63,491 nucleotides of DNA from Nanobdellota archaeon (GTDB lineage: Archaea > Nanobdellota > Nanobdellia > Pacearchaeales > GW2011-AR1). The stretch spans positions 1 to 63,491 of the forward strand of contig JAHITZ010000032.1 of NCBI GenBank assembly GCA_018817405.1, in the 5' to 3' direction. Under the pieces are notes generated by a model, which worked only from the letters and a program-made list of their open reading frames with translations, searched no databases and was not told the origin of the DNA. The translations under genes were made by a program, and so were the position numbers. Shown here piece by piece: positions 17,801-25,501 of this stretch; the first letter of the stretch is position 1, and the number at the start of each line of letters is the position of its first letter.

Positions 17801-18297
17801 AGTCTTTCTCTTATTTCTATAGGATTCAGCCTTTTTTTGTCCACGAAAAAACTGGTTGGTTTTTCAAGTTTCACTCTGTTAATATTCTCGTTACAGTGAG
17901 GGCATTTCTTAGCATCTCTTGCTTTTTTAGCTTTTTTTGCAGGACTCAAGCCTTTTTGTTTTTCTTTGCTCAAAGCTAATTTTCCGCAATAAGGACAAAA
18001 ACTCCTTAAGCAAAGTTCTATTAGAGGAATGTATTTAATATGAAGGATAGGTCTTGCCAATTCAATGCTTCCAGAATGACCAGGACATTCCTTAACACGT
18101 TTCCCGCAAGTTCTGCACCTAACTCCAGGGTCAATTGCCCCTAACCTTAAGTCCATCAGCCCGCCGTCAACAGGAAACCCGTCAATATCATAAAGTTCTG
18201 GAGTCACAACCTTTACAGCGCTAAGTTTTTTAATCTGTTCAGCACTAAGCAAACAAAATCTCACAGACCTTATTTGCTTTCTTGAATGTTTAATCAT
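14866..18297 (-). CDS. rpoA: DNA-directed RNA polymerase largest subunit, A' and A'' parts in one ORF
   Basis: 1143 aa; Zn motif CRTCGKRVKECPGHSG, active site NADFDGDEMN, and A''-type trigger-loop region RTFHMAGVA..TLGLPRLIEILDA in the same frame. Confidence 0.9.
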   Translation of the reverse strand: MIKHSRKQIRSVRFCLLSAEQIKKLSAVKVVTPELYDIDGFPVDGGLMDLRLGAIDPGVRCRTCGKRVKECPGHSGSIELARPILHIKYIPLIELCLRSFCPYCGKLALSKEKQKGLSPAKKAKKARDAKKCPHCNENINRVKLEKPTSFFVDKKRLNPIEIRERLVNIPDEELRRIGINTHSARPERAVISLLLVPSVTVRPSITLDTGERSEDDLTHKLSDIIRANQRLWENLNAGAPEVIIEDLWDLLQYHVTTFFDNNVTRIPPARHRSGQPLKTITERIKGKEGRIRHNLAGKRVNYSARSVISPDPYLRINEIGVPQQIAEVITVAESVTSTNIEEIKNLIRNGTAYPGVNNVIRIDGRRKRITEDLKEEIVAEIQPGYKVERHLRDGDIVLFNRHPTLHKQGLMAHYVKVLPGRTFRLNPAAAAPYNADFDGDEMNIHSPQNEEALSEAKVLLDINNNIISSKNNTNLVGTIADAVTGAYLLGKDTVEKSEADQLLFSLNIINNVKKKEVSGIDVFSQVIPKGSNISIPGTINGSNTFGAEDGEMVKLIDKEFGREIAVDSISKAFTLGTVYLSRKGYTLSLHDLDVPEKVKEITKEIIAKAEKKTLEVIEDYEADRLESMPGKTMEETRETKIMQILNSVRTDVSDVVKSHFPAEGSINKMIKSGSGGSMLNVTQMGCCVGQQSLWNKRISFGYSDRTLAFFKKNDLKPEARGFIKSSFLKGLKPSEFFFGAITGRDALMDTALRTPKSGYLYRRLVSALQDLKVEYDGTVRDASENIVQFSYGEDGKDVAKLHLKDDKISPGEAVGVITAQSFGEASTQMVLRTFHMAGVAQMQVTLGLPRLIEILDARKQPSTPMMEIYLDRENNNEKNARVIAEKIKEVKLKEILSEINIDFGNNKIEIELDSKALKGAHIGPQKVADKLTDKKFKATLSGMRIVIALPEHGFKEMYKLKEKLKEIVVSGIKGVPQVVVSKKDREYVILTSGSNLMETLEVKGINRDKVFSNDIHDVKEILGIEAARQTIINEIKNVIETQGLDINKRHLTLVADAMTSSGTVKGVTRMGIITDKASILARATFETPDKQFVNATIKGSEDELKSVIENILLNQPIPVGTGLPGLLVKVTGPLVRKDEGKKS

Positions 18298-18563
18298 TTT
18301 TTCCTCTTCTCTAATTTATTTTTCAAATCATCAAAGTCTTTTTTTACTTTAACAAAAGACATCTTAACTTCATGCTTAAATTCTTTTGTTTCATCACTAA
18401 TCGCCCAGACCTTAAATATCAAAGTCAGAAACAAGACTATAACAATGCTAAGTTCTGTGGGGCTGTTGCCAAATATTCTCCAAATTACCAATATAACTGC
18501 AATTATCAATGTAATCCAAAATAATATATTAAGTATTTGTCTTTTGTTCATTTTATTGATCAT
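18294..18563 (-). CDS. Small membrane protein encoded between rpoB and rpoA
   Basis: 89 aa, two TM helices plus a K/E-rich tail; overlaps the rpoB end by 11 nt and the rpoA start by 4 nt. Confidence 0.5.
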   Translation of the reverse strand: MINKMNKRQILNILFWITLIIAVILVIWRIFGNSPTELSIVIVLFLTLIFKVWAISDETKEFKHEVKMSFVKVKKDFDDLKNKLEKRKK

Positions 18564-21500
18564 ATTTATTCTTCAATACAAATTTAGTTTGAATGCCCAA
18601 GCCAAGCAGCTCGTCAACAAGCAGTTTAAAGGCATATGAAACTTCAACAGGCTCTGCTTCTCCGCCTCCACAAGATGGACAGACTGTTTTGTTTCTGATA
18701 GCATCTTCATAACCAATACTATCGCACTCCCCACATACATGCACAATTGTCTTGTCTGAATCATACCTTTCTTTCAATAACAAAGATGCACCATGCCCTG
18801 CCAACGCCTGTTGTTCCATTTCTCCTAACCTGAGACCACCGCCTTTTGCACGACCTTCAATTGGCTGTCTTGTCAGCAAAGCGACTTTTCCAGAAGCTCT
18901 TGCATGAATTAAGTTCTTAACCATCCTCTTCAGTTTTAAGTAATACATACTGCCAATATAAATTTTAGCATCCATTTTCTTTCCTGTTACCCCGTTGTAC
19001 ATTGTTTCCTTACCGTCATAACTAAATCCCATTTCTTTCAATTGTTCTTCTAGTTCCTTAACACTTTGTCCTGTAAACGGAGTCCCGTCAACAATCTTTC
19101 CACTTATTGCTGCAGTCTTACTTGCTAGAATTTCTATTAAATAACCTACAGTCATTCTGCTCGGGATTCCATGTGGATTAAACATCAAGTCAGGAGTAAT
19201 TCCACTGCCTGTAAATGGAACATCATCAGGATTTGCAATCATCCCAACAACTCCTTTCTGTCCGTGTGGCGAAGAAAATTTATCTCCAACCTCGGGTAAT
19301 CTTGAGTCTCTTGTCCTTACATCAACAATCTTGTTTCCCTCACTATCGACACTGATAAAAGAAGCGTCAACAGTCGCTCTTTCTCCCTGTCTTATCACAG
19401 AGCTGGCTTCTTTTTTCGCCTGAATGCTTAAATCCCTTGCCTCAGACAAGAATTTAGGAGGAGTTACCTTGCCTATCACAACCTCTCCTGCCACCATGTC
19501 TGCTTCAGGGTAAGCAATTCCATCATCTTCTAAAAATTTATAAACTTCTTCAGTTCTGTAACTCGAGACATCTTTGTCCGGAATAGTAATTTCATCAGAT
19601 AGTCCTCCAGCATACTGCAATTCTGTTGCAGAGTATGGTCTAAAGTATGTGCTTCTGCCCATCCCCCTGTCTATACTCGCACTATTCAAAACAATAGAAT
19701 CTGCTATATTATAACCTTCAAAAGGCATTATCGCCAAGACAATGTTTTGTCCTGCAGGATGCACCTTGAGTGTGTCATAAATAAAACTCCTTACTAACGG
19801 TCTTTGAGGATAATGCAAGATTGAAACATCTGTATCAACCCTTACCAAATAATTTGCAGCATAAATTCCCAAGCTCTGTTTTAATGTCTTGCTTCCTCTA
19901 TTCAATCGAGAGCTCTGGTCGTGGTTGGCAAAAGGCACTAAAGAAGTAATCAAACCAAACACATCAATAGGGTGAATTTCAAGATGTGTATGTTCGCCTG
20001 TGATATCTTCTTCATTTAAAGCAATAAATGTGTTTTCTTCCTCACCAGCATCAATATATTCAATAATCCCTTTATCAACAAAATCAATCCATTTTATCTC
20101 CCCCTGTTCAAGTAAAACAAGGTCTTCGTCGTTTATTTTTGAAGCTCCATTTTCCACTATGACTAATGGTCTTAAGACTCTTCCCACCCCTGAAAGAATT
20201 ACAACACGTTCAAGAATATCATCATAAGACACGCTGACTTCGTGGGGAATTTCTTTCTTCCTTCTTAACTCCCTCAACTTTTGAGAAAACTCTTTAGGAT
20301 TTTCAATAAAACCAATAAACCTTCCGTTAAGAAAAACATCTGTGCCATTTTGATCTTCTTTTCTTAATCCAAATGATTCAAATTTTTTAATTGCACTATT
20401 CTCGTCAAAATCAATTGCTGTTGAAATTTTAGCTAGAAGTGAGAGATTTTTTCTTAAACCAATCTCAGTCCCTTCCGGAGTTTCTGTAGGGCAAAATCTC
20501 CCATAATGTGTCGGATGCAAGGTTCTTGCCTTAAAATTTTCTTGGTCTCCTGGAAGAAGACTTGTAACCCTCTGCAATTGTGATAGAACATCAAGGTAAT
20601 TAGTTTTTTGCATGTTTTGTGTAACCCCACTTCTTTCGCCTATCCAAGATCCTGTAGCTATCGCACTTTCAACTCGATGTGTGAACAAGGTTGATTTAGC
20701 AATTGTCTTTAATGAATAGAACTTTTTTCTTTTAGATATCTTTTGTAAAGAATACTGAATATCTCTAACAAGAATCTTCAAATTGACACGGAACAAATCA
20801 GCCATAAGGTCTCCAGAAAGTTTTACTCTTTTGTTTGAATAGTGGTCTTTATCTGTTCTTATTCTCTTATCATCTTTTGCTCTCAGATACAATCTAACAA
20901 TTCTGCACAGCGTAAACGCTTTATCCGCCCTTGAACTTTTGTTCATGCCGATGTTCGGGAGCAAAAAAGAATCAATTCTTTGTTTTACCCTGTCCAAGAT
21001 TTCTTTTTTTGTTCCTTGTATCCCTGACTTTTCAGCAATATACATCATAGCATCTTCAGCACTTTGCAAATTTGCAAACTCATATAGGTTAACAATCAAA
21101 CAGTCATTTTCAATCCCAATCCTTTTTGCAATCTCCTCTTCCTTTACCATTCCAAGGGCTTTAAGCAAAACCAAAATAGGGACATTTCGCAATCTGCTGA
21201 ATGTCAATTCTAATATCCCTTCATTTGTTTCACTGACTGTTGTGGGAATCCTGTACGAGCCTCTTTCTGAAAATATCCTTAATGTAAGGTCTTGTTTGCC
21301 TTCTTCAATAAATGGTTGATTCGGAGCTAAGTCTTCAGACATAACAATGACTCTTTCGTTTCCCTTAATAATAAAATAACCTCCCTGGTCAAGAGGGTCC
21401 ATATAATTCTTCCGCAATTCTTCTTTGTTCATGCCATGAGTGTTACATTTAGCACCCCTTACAATTACAGGAATTCTGCCTATTTCTACTTCAGCACTTT

Positions 21501-21807
21501 CTGTTTGGTTTTCATACTTCACGCTTAGTTCAACATGCACCGGTGCCGCATATGTAAGATTTCTCAATTTGGCCGTAATAGGAGTAATATTGTTAATACT
21601 TCCGTCTGCCTCGATTATATTCGGCTCTCCTATCTTTATTTTACCAAATTTTATTTCAACATCCTGGTCTATCAAACTTTCATTAAGCTCTTCGACAATT
21701 TGTTGAATTCTATTTTCTATGAAACCATTGAAAGACTTAATGTTAGATTCCACTAGCGAGTGTTGTTCAAGATATTTCTCAATAAGGATATTTTTTTTCT
21801 TATCCAT
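18553..21807 (-). CDS. rpoB: DNA-directed RNA polymerase subunit B (unsplit)
   Basis: 1084 aa; GQKGV, RMTVGYLIE, C-terminal Zn ribbon CGECD..CPSCGG. Confidence 0.95.
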   Translation of the reverse strand: MDKKKNILIEKYLEQHSLVESNIKSFNGFIENRIQQIVEELNESLIDQDVEIKFGKIKIGEPNIIEADGSINNITPITAKLRNLTYAAPVHVELSVKYENQTESAEVEIGRIPVIVRGAKCNTHGMNKEELRKNYMDPLDQGGYFIIKGNERVIVMSEDLAPNQPFIEEGKQDLTLRIFSERGSYRIPTTVSETNEGILELTFSRLRNVPILVLLKALGMVKEEEIAKRIGIENDCLIVNLYEFANLQSAEDAMMYIAEKSGIQGTKKEILDRVKQRIDSFLLPNIGMNKSSRADKAFTLCRIVRLYLRAKDDKRIRTDKDHYSNKRVKLSGDLMADLFRVNLKILVRDIQYSLQKISKRKKFYSLKTIAKSTLFTHRVESAIATGSWIGERSGVTQNMQKTNYLDVLSQLQRVTSLLPGDQENFKARTLHPTHYGRFCPTETPEGTEIGLRKNLSLLAKISTAIDFDENSAIKKFESFGLRKEDQNGTDVFLNGRFIGFIENPKEFSQKLRELRRKKEIPHEVSVSYDDILERVVILSGVGRVLRPLVIVENGASKINDEDLVLLEQGEIKWIDFVDKGIIEYIDAGEEENTFIALNEEDITGEHTHLEIHPIDVFGLITSLVPFANHDQSSRLNRGSKTLKQSLGIYAANYLVRVDTDVSILHYPQRPLVRSFIYDTLKVHPAGQNIVLAIMPFEGYNIADSIVLNSASIDRGMGRSTYFRPYSATELQYAGGLSDEITIPDKDVSSYRTEEVYKFLEDDGIAYPEADMVAGEVVIGKVTPPKFLSEARDLSIQAKKEASSVIRQGERATVDASFISVDSEGNKIVDVRTRDSRLPEVGDKFSSPHGQKGVVGMIANPDDVPFTGSGITPDLMFNPHGIPSRMTVGYLIEILASKTAAISGKIVDGTPFTGQSVKELEEQLKEMGFSYDGKETMYNGVTGKKMDAKIYIGSMYYLKLKRMVKNLIHARASGKVALLTRQPIEGRAKGGGLRLGEMEQQALAGHGASLLLKERYDSDKTIVHVCGECDSIGYEDAIRNKTVCPSCGGGEAEPVEVSYAFKLLVDELLGLGIQTKFVLKNKYDQ

Positions 21808-21809
21808 TT

Positions 21810-22019
21810 TTATAAAACAACAACCCTAAAGTAGTTTACAATTTTATCTCCTTCTCTTCTTTCTACCTTAAATACATCTCCAGGAGTGCATTCTTCTGGA
21901 ATTACTGGGTCATCAATCCGTATTCTTGGCAGTTGTGAAAAAGAGAGATTGTATTTATTAAGTAACTTTTTTACCTCATCAGGCTTCAATTTTGTGTGTT
22001 TGGGCTGTAATATGTGCAT
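21810..22019 (-). CDS. rpoH: RNA polymerase subunit H (Rpb5-like)
   Basis: 69 aa directly upstream of rpoB; LPRI...DPV....PGDV.K..R pattern. Confidence 0.85.
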   Translation of the reverse strand: MHILQPKHTKLKPDEVKKLLNKYNLSFSQLPRIRIDDPVIPEECTPGDVFKVERREGDKIVNYFRVVVL

Positions 22020-22141
22020 GGCTTTGCGTTATTGTTTAATATAAATATTTAATTAACGACTGGACGATGATAAAAGAAATTTGTGAAAGATGGTTTTTAA
22101 ATCTTTCTACTTTCTGGAATTTGGGGTAAAATAAGAAAAAA

Positions 22142-22239
22142 TGGTCCCGACGGGATTTGAACCCGCGACACCTAGGTTTCTTTTACTTTTAGTTCAATAC
22201 TAAAAGCCTAGTGCTCTAACCAGGCTGAGCTACGGAACC
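22142..22239 (-). tRNA. tRNA-Lys (UUU) with an intron of about 22 nt
   Basis: GGTTCCG/CGGGACC acceptor; GCTC-AGCCTGGTTA-GAGC D arm; anticodon stem CTAGG/CCTAG restored after removing about 22 nt; T loop TTCAAAT. Confidence 0.8.
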
Positions 22240-22288
22240 AATGTATAAACAAAGAAAAAATTACTTTTTAAGGTTAACTAAAAGACAA

Positions 22289-22657
22289 CTAACCTTTCGC
22301 CCTAGTTTCAGCAGGGATCGTCACATGAGATTTATCATAAAAACGTATTTCAACAGAAAAATCTAATCCATCAATAGAAGGGGTTCTCACGCTTCTTGGA
22401 GTTTCTCCGAGCTCAACAAGCCCCCCCCACAGTATTTGATCATTTGGAGTGTAAGCTGCTGCCCCATGTTGCCTGCTTGACACCATATGGCTAATTATTC
22501 CTCTTTCAACTTTTTCAAATGAAGTTGCTAAATCATGCCCTCTTGCAGAAACAGGCAGTTCCAAACATTCTGCAACTATATAATTGGGAGGGTCTCCTTC
22601 ACCAACATCAGATCTGTACGAAACAACCCTAAACACTTCAGTCACTCTACTAACCAT
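22289..22657 (-). CDS. Orphan ORF with atypical composition, 122 aa (weak HicB/UPF0150-like N-terminal pattern)
   Basis: YIVAECLELPVSARGHDLATSFEKVERGI loosely resembles the HicB-type Y.A..PELPG....G.T.EEA pattern. Confidence 0.45.
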   Translation of the reverse strand: MVSRVTEVFRVVSYRSDVGEGDPPNYIVAECLELPVSARGHDLATSFEKVERGIISHMVSSRQHGAAAYTPNDQILWGGLVELGETPRSVRTPSIDGLDFSVEIRFYDKSHVTIPAETRAKG

Positions 22658-22691
22658 AAAAAAACAAACATAAACGAGTATTAATAGTTTT

Positions 22692-23012
22692 CTACTTAAT
22701 CTCCTTCAACTTCTTCTCCAACTCATCCTTAGAAGTAACACCCATGGTTCTATCAACCTGCTTTCCATCTCTAAAAAAAATCAACGTCGGGATACTCATC
22801 ACCTGAAATCGCTGCGCCAGCTCACTTTGTTTATCAACATCAACCTTACCAAATTTTGTCTTATCTTTCAATTCATTAGCAGTCTCCTCAAAAACAGGAC
22901 CCATCATTTTGCAAGGTCCGCACCATGTAGCCCAAAAATAAACAACAATCTTATCATCTTTAATGAATTTATCAAAATTTTTAGAGTCCAAATCAGTAAT
23001 ATTCTTAGCCAT
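22692..23012 (-). CDS. trxA: Thioredoxin
   Basis: 106 aa; WCGPC active site. Confidence 0.9.
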   Translation of the reverse strand: MAKNITDLDSKNFDKFIKDDKIVVYFWATWCGPCKMMGPVFEETANELKDKTKFGKVDVDKQSELAQRFQVMSIPTLIFFRDGKQVDRTMGVTSKDELEKKLKEIK

Positions 23013-23091
23013 TATAATATCTGAAAAACTTGATTAATAAAGGTTTTGTTAATAGAGTTAATATTAATAACCTCTTGCCCTTTTTAATAAC

Positions 23092-23694
23092 ATGGACAAA
23101 CCCCAACTCCTTGCTTCACTAAAAGCCCAAGGCTTCCCACAAAAAATCCTCCAAGCATTTGCAAAAGTCCCTCGTGGATATTTCCTCCCCCAAAACCTCC
23201 AAGCCTATGCATACGAAGACCAGGCCTTACCCTTAGAACAAGGAGCCACAATCTCCCAGCCCTATACAATCGCCTTTATGTTAAACCTCCTAGACATAAA
23301 ACCCTCCCAAAAAATCCTAGAAATCGGAAGCGGATGTGGTTATGTCCTCGCCATTCTCTCCAAGCTCTCACCCTCATCAAAAATCTACGGAATTGAAGTA
23401 ATAAAATCACTTGCAGAAAAATCAAAACAAATTATTTCAGAATTGAAATATAAAAATGTCAATGTACTCGACGGCAATGGTTTTCAAGGTCTAAAAGAAA
23501 AAGCACCATTTGACAGAATCCTAATCAGCGCAGCAGCTGACAAATTGCCAGAGCATCTCTACCCTCAACTTTCTAATGATGGAATTATAGTCACGCCAGT
23601 TCTCGGATCAATTGTTCAGATTAAGAAACAAAAAGGTAAAATAAAACTCAAAGAGTTTCCAGGGTTTGTGTTTGTGCCTTTAGTCAGGGCTTAA
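23092..23694 (+). CDS. pcm: Protein-L-isoaspartate O-methyltransferase
   Basis: 200 aa; ISQPYTIAFML, LEIGSGCGY SAM-binding motif. Confidence 0.85.
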   Translation: MDKPQLLASLKAQGFPQKILQAFAKVPRGYFLPQNLQAYAYEDQALPLEQGATISQPYTIAFMLNLLDIKPSQKILEIGSGCGYVLAILSKLSPSSKIYGIEVIKSLAEKSKQIISELKYKNVNVLDGNGFQGLKEKAPFDRILISAAADKLPEHLYPQLSNDGIIVTPVLGSIVQIKKQKGKIKLKEFPGFVFVPLVRA

Positions 23695-23890
23695 CACTAA
23701 TCAAAATAAACAACGCTAACCCGATAATAATAAAAATCCCCATCATCAACGGAGAGGCATTTGCCAATAAATTCAACCCAGCAGACATCTCGCCTTCTTC
23801 AACAATCATTGAATTTGTCCACGATGAAAACATAAATAAAGAAACCAAGGCTAGAATTAACACAGCCAATAAAATTATGTTTTTTTTCAT
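23684..23890 (-). CDS. Small two-TM membrane protein
   Basis: 68 aa, hydrophobic. Confidence 0.4.
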   Translation of the reverse strand: MKKNIILLAVLILALVSLFMFSSWTNSMIVEEGEMSAGLNLLANASPLMMGIFIIIGLALFILISVKP

Positions 23891-23953
23891 GAGAAAAAAA
23901 GGAAGAAGGATTATTTATGTGTTTTGGACAGTAACAATACCGAATAAAATGTT

Positions 23954-24112
23954 TAACGGTATCGGGCTATACGAAGTCGGCGTAAGCCGATTTGGGTGGA
24001 GAAACCTGCAAGGTTTCGGAACCGTTAAATTCCTGTTATGCTCTCCCGACGACTGGAAGGAGGAGAGCGCAGCGGGGCAAAATCCAAAGGATTTTGAGTT
24101 CAGAATTCGGGC
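23954..24112 (+). ncRNA. GC-rich, structured-RNA-like segment (left copy), identity unknown
   Basis: Clearly GC-richer than its surroundings; stems AACGGT/ACCGTT, TCGGC-GTAA-GCCGA (GNRA loop), GAAACC/GGTTTC, CTCTCC/GGAGAG; 43 nt identical to 24513-24555. Confidence 0.35.
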
Positions 24113-24195
24113 GTCATCAATATTAACTTCAGAGTAGTAAAAGAACCGAAAGATTTATGAATATGCTCTTTATTCTAATCCTAAGGAGATAAAAA

Positions 24196-24462
24196 ATGTC
24201 AGAAAGAAGAGGATTAGGATTTTTTGAAACTGTCTGTGCAGTAGTAGTTGGAGCTTCATTAGCGACAATTCCAGACTACGTCAGACAAGGAAACATAGAG
24301 AATAAAGTTGACCAATTACTTCAAAGACCCGCAATTGAATTAAGAACAGAAAATGTTATTGGTGGAAATGCACCTGAGAAATTCTATGAAATTGCTGGGA
24401 AAAGAGTATATTTAGAAATAGATGGTCAACCAGTAGATAACTATGTTCAAAATAGAGAATAA
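24196..24462 (+). CDS. Small protein with a type IV pilin-like N-terminus
   Basis: AGGAG 8 nt upstream of the ATG; MSERRG-LGFFETVCAVVVGASLA gives basic residues, Gly, Glu at +5 and then a hydrophobic helix. Confidence 0.4.
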   Translation: MSERRGLGFFETVCAVVVGASLATIPDYVRQGNIENKVDQLLQRPAIELRTENVIGGNAPEKFYEIAGKRVYLEIDGQPVDNYVQNRE

Positions 24463-24491
24463 ATCTTTCGGTTTCTATAATTTTACATTTA

Positions 24492-24645
24492 GCCCGAATT
24501 CTGAATTAGACATAACGGTATCGGGCTATACGAAGTCGGCGTAAGCCGATTTGGGCGAACGGGGTGAGCCGTATAGCCCGTGTTATATGACCGAGCCGAA
24601 GGCGGGGCAAGGAGCGAAGCGACGCAGAGTTCCGAACCCCACCAT
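24492..24645 (+). ncRNA. GC-rich, structured-RNA-like segment (right copy), identity unknown
   Basis: 11-bp stem CGGGCTATACG/CGTATAGCCCG enclosing a TCGGC-GTAA-GCCGA hairpin; shares CGGGGCAA and GAGCG.AGCG strings with the left segment. Confidence 0.35.
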
Positions 24646-24647
24646 AT

Positions 24648-25244
24648 TTATTTTGTCTGAGTGCCACCTATAACTTCATTAGTGTTTTTATCCACATAAA
24701 CTACCAGATGACTACCTTCAGCAGGACCAGGATAATAAAATTTGACAATCCAACATGAATGTTTTGATGGCGATTTTATTGGCTCCTTGTCCCAGTTCTC
24801 CCAATAATGATTTGCTTCACATTCGTCTTCAACAACTTCCACTTTTTTCACCATAGAGAAAAAGTCAACATTGGGAAACGCATTATGAACATATTTTTGT
24901 AAATGCTCTTTGGCAATACTTTCTACTAAAGGAGTAGATGATTCAATACAAGCATTATTCACACAACTGCACCCTTCTGGAATCAAACACTTCCAACGTG
25001 GCTCTCGAAAACAATAACTTTTCAGATTATTGTACTTAGATACTCCTTCTAAATTCACACACTGTCCGCATCTTACTACCTTACAATCGCTATCTGAAGT
25101 GCAATATTTATAGTTCTTTAATTCTTCATTTGCCAATGTATGAAATTTATTTTCGCAGTATATGAATTGCCAGTACGCAATTACGAAAACAATCAGTATC
25201 AAAATTCCAATTCCAATTAAGATTTTTTTATTGTTTTTCATCAT
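24648..25244 (-). CDS. Membrane-anchored Cys-rich extracellular protein
   Basis: 198 aa; N-terminal TM, Cys-rich middle region, PepSY-like C-terminal pattern VVYVDKNTNEVIGG. Confidence 0.55.
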   Translation of the reverse strand: MMKNNKKILIGIGILILIVFVIAYWQFIYCENKFHTLANEELKNYKYCTSDSDCKVVRCGQCVNLEGVSKYNNLKSYCFREPRWKCLIPEGCSCVNNACIESSTPLVESIAKEHLQKYVHNAFPNVDFFSMVKKVEVVEDECEANHYWENWDKEPIKSPSKHSCWIVKFYYPGPAEGSHLVVYVDKNTNEVIGGTQTK

Positions 25245-25501
25245 AATTTATTATTGTTTTATTTTATTAAAATGTTTTGTTTTTTCAAAGGGGTTCGGAA
25301 TTTCATATAACAAGGTATTATGTCTACTTTCCCCAAACTAAAAAACCATTCCACTTATCGCACCCACTCCTCCTCTCGCTCACCACCAAAATTAAAGTTA
25401 CCCATCGCTCAGCAACACCAGCCACCTCTCACTTTGATATTTATCTGCCCCCTACAACCATTCCCCACACCCCCTACCTTCTCGCTCACCACCACCCCAC
25501 A

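Noticed and set aside
23954-24645. Identification of the GC-rich segments as SRP RNA, RNase P RNA or group II intron domain V
   Set aside because: There is only a loose resemblance (GGAAGG..GCAGC near 24052-24075 versus SRP helix 8). The CR-I/CR-V RNase P motifs and the domain V consensus were not found, and a 43-nt direct duplication does not fit these RNAs. Left as unknown.
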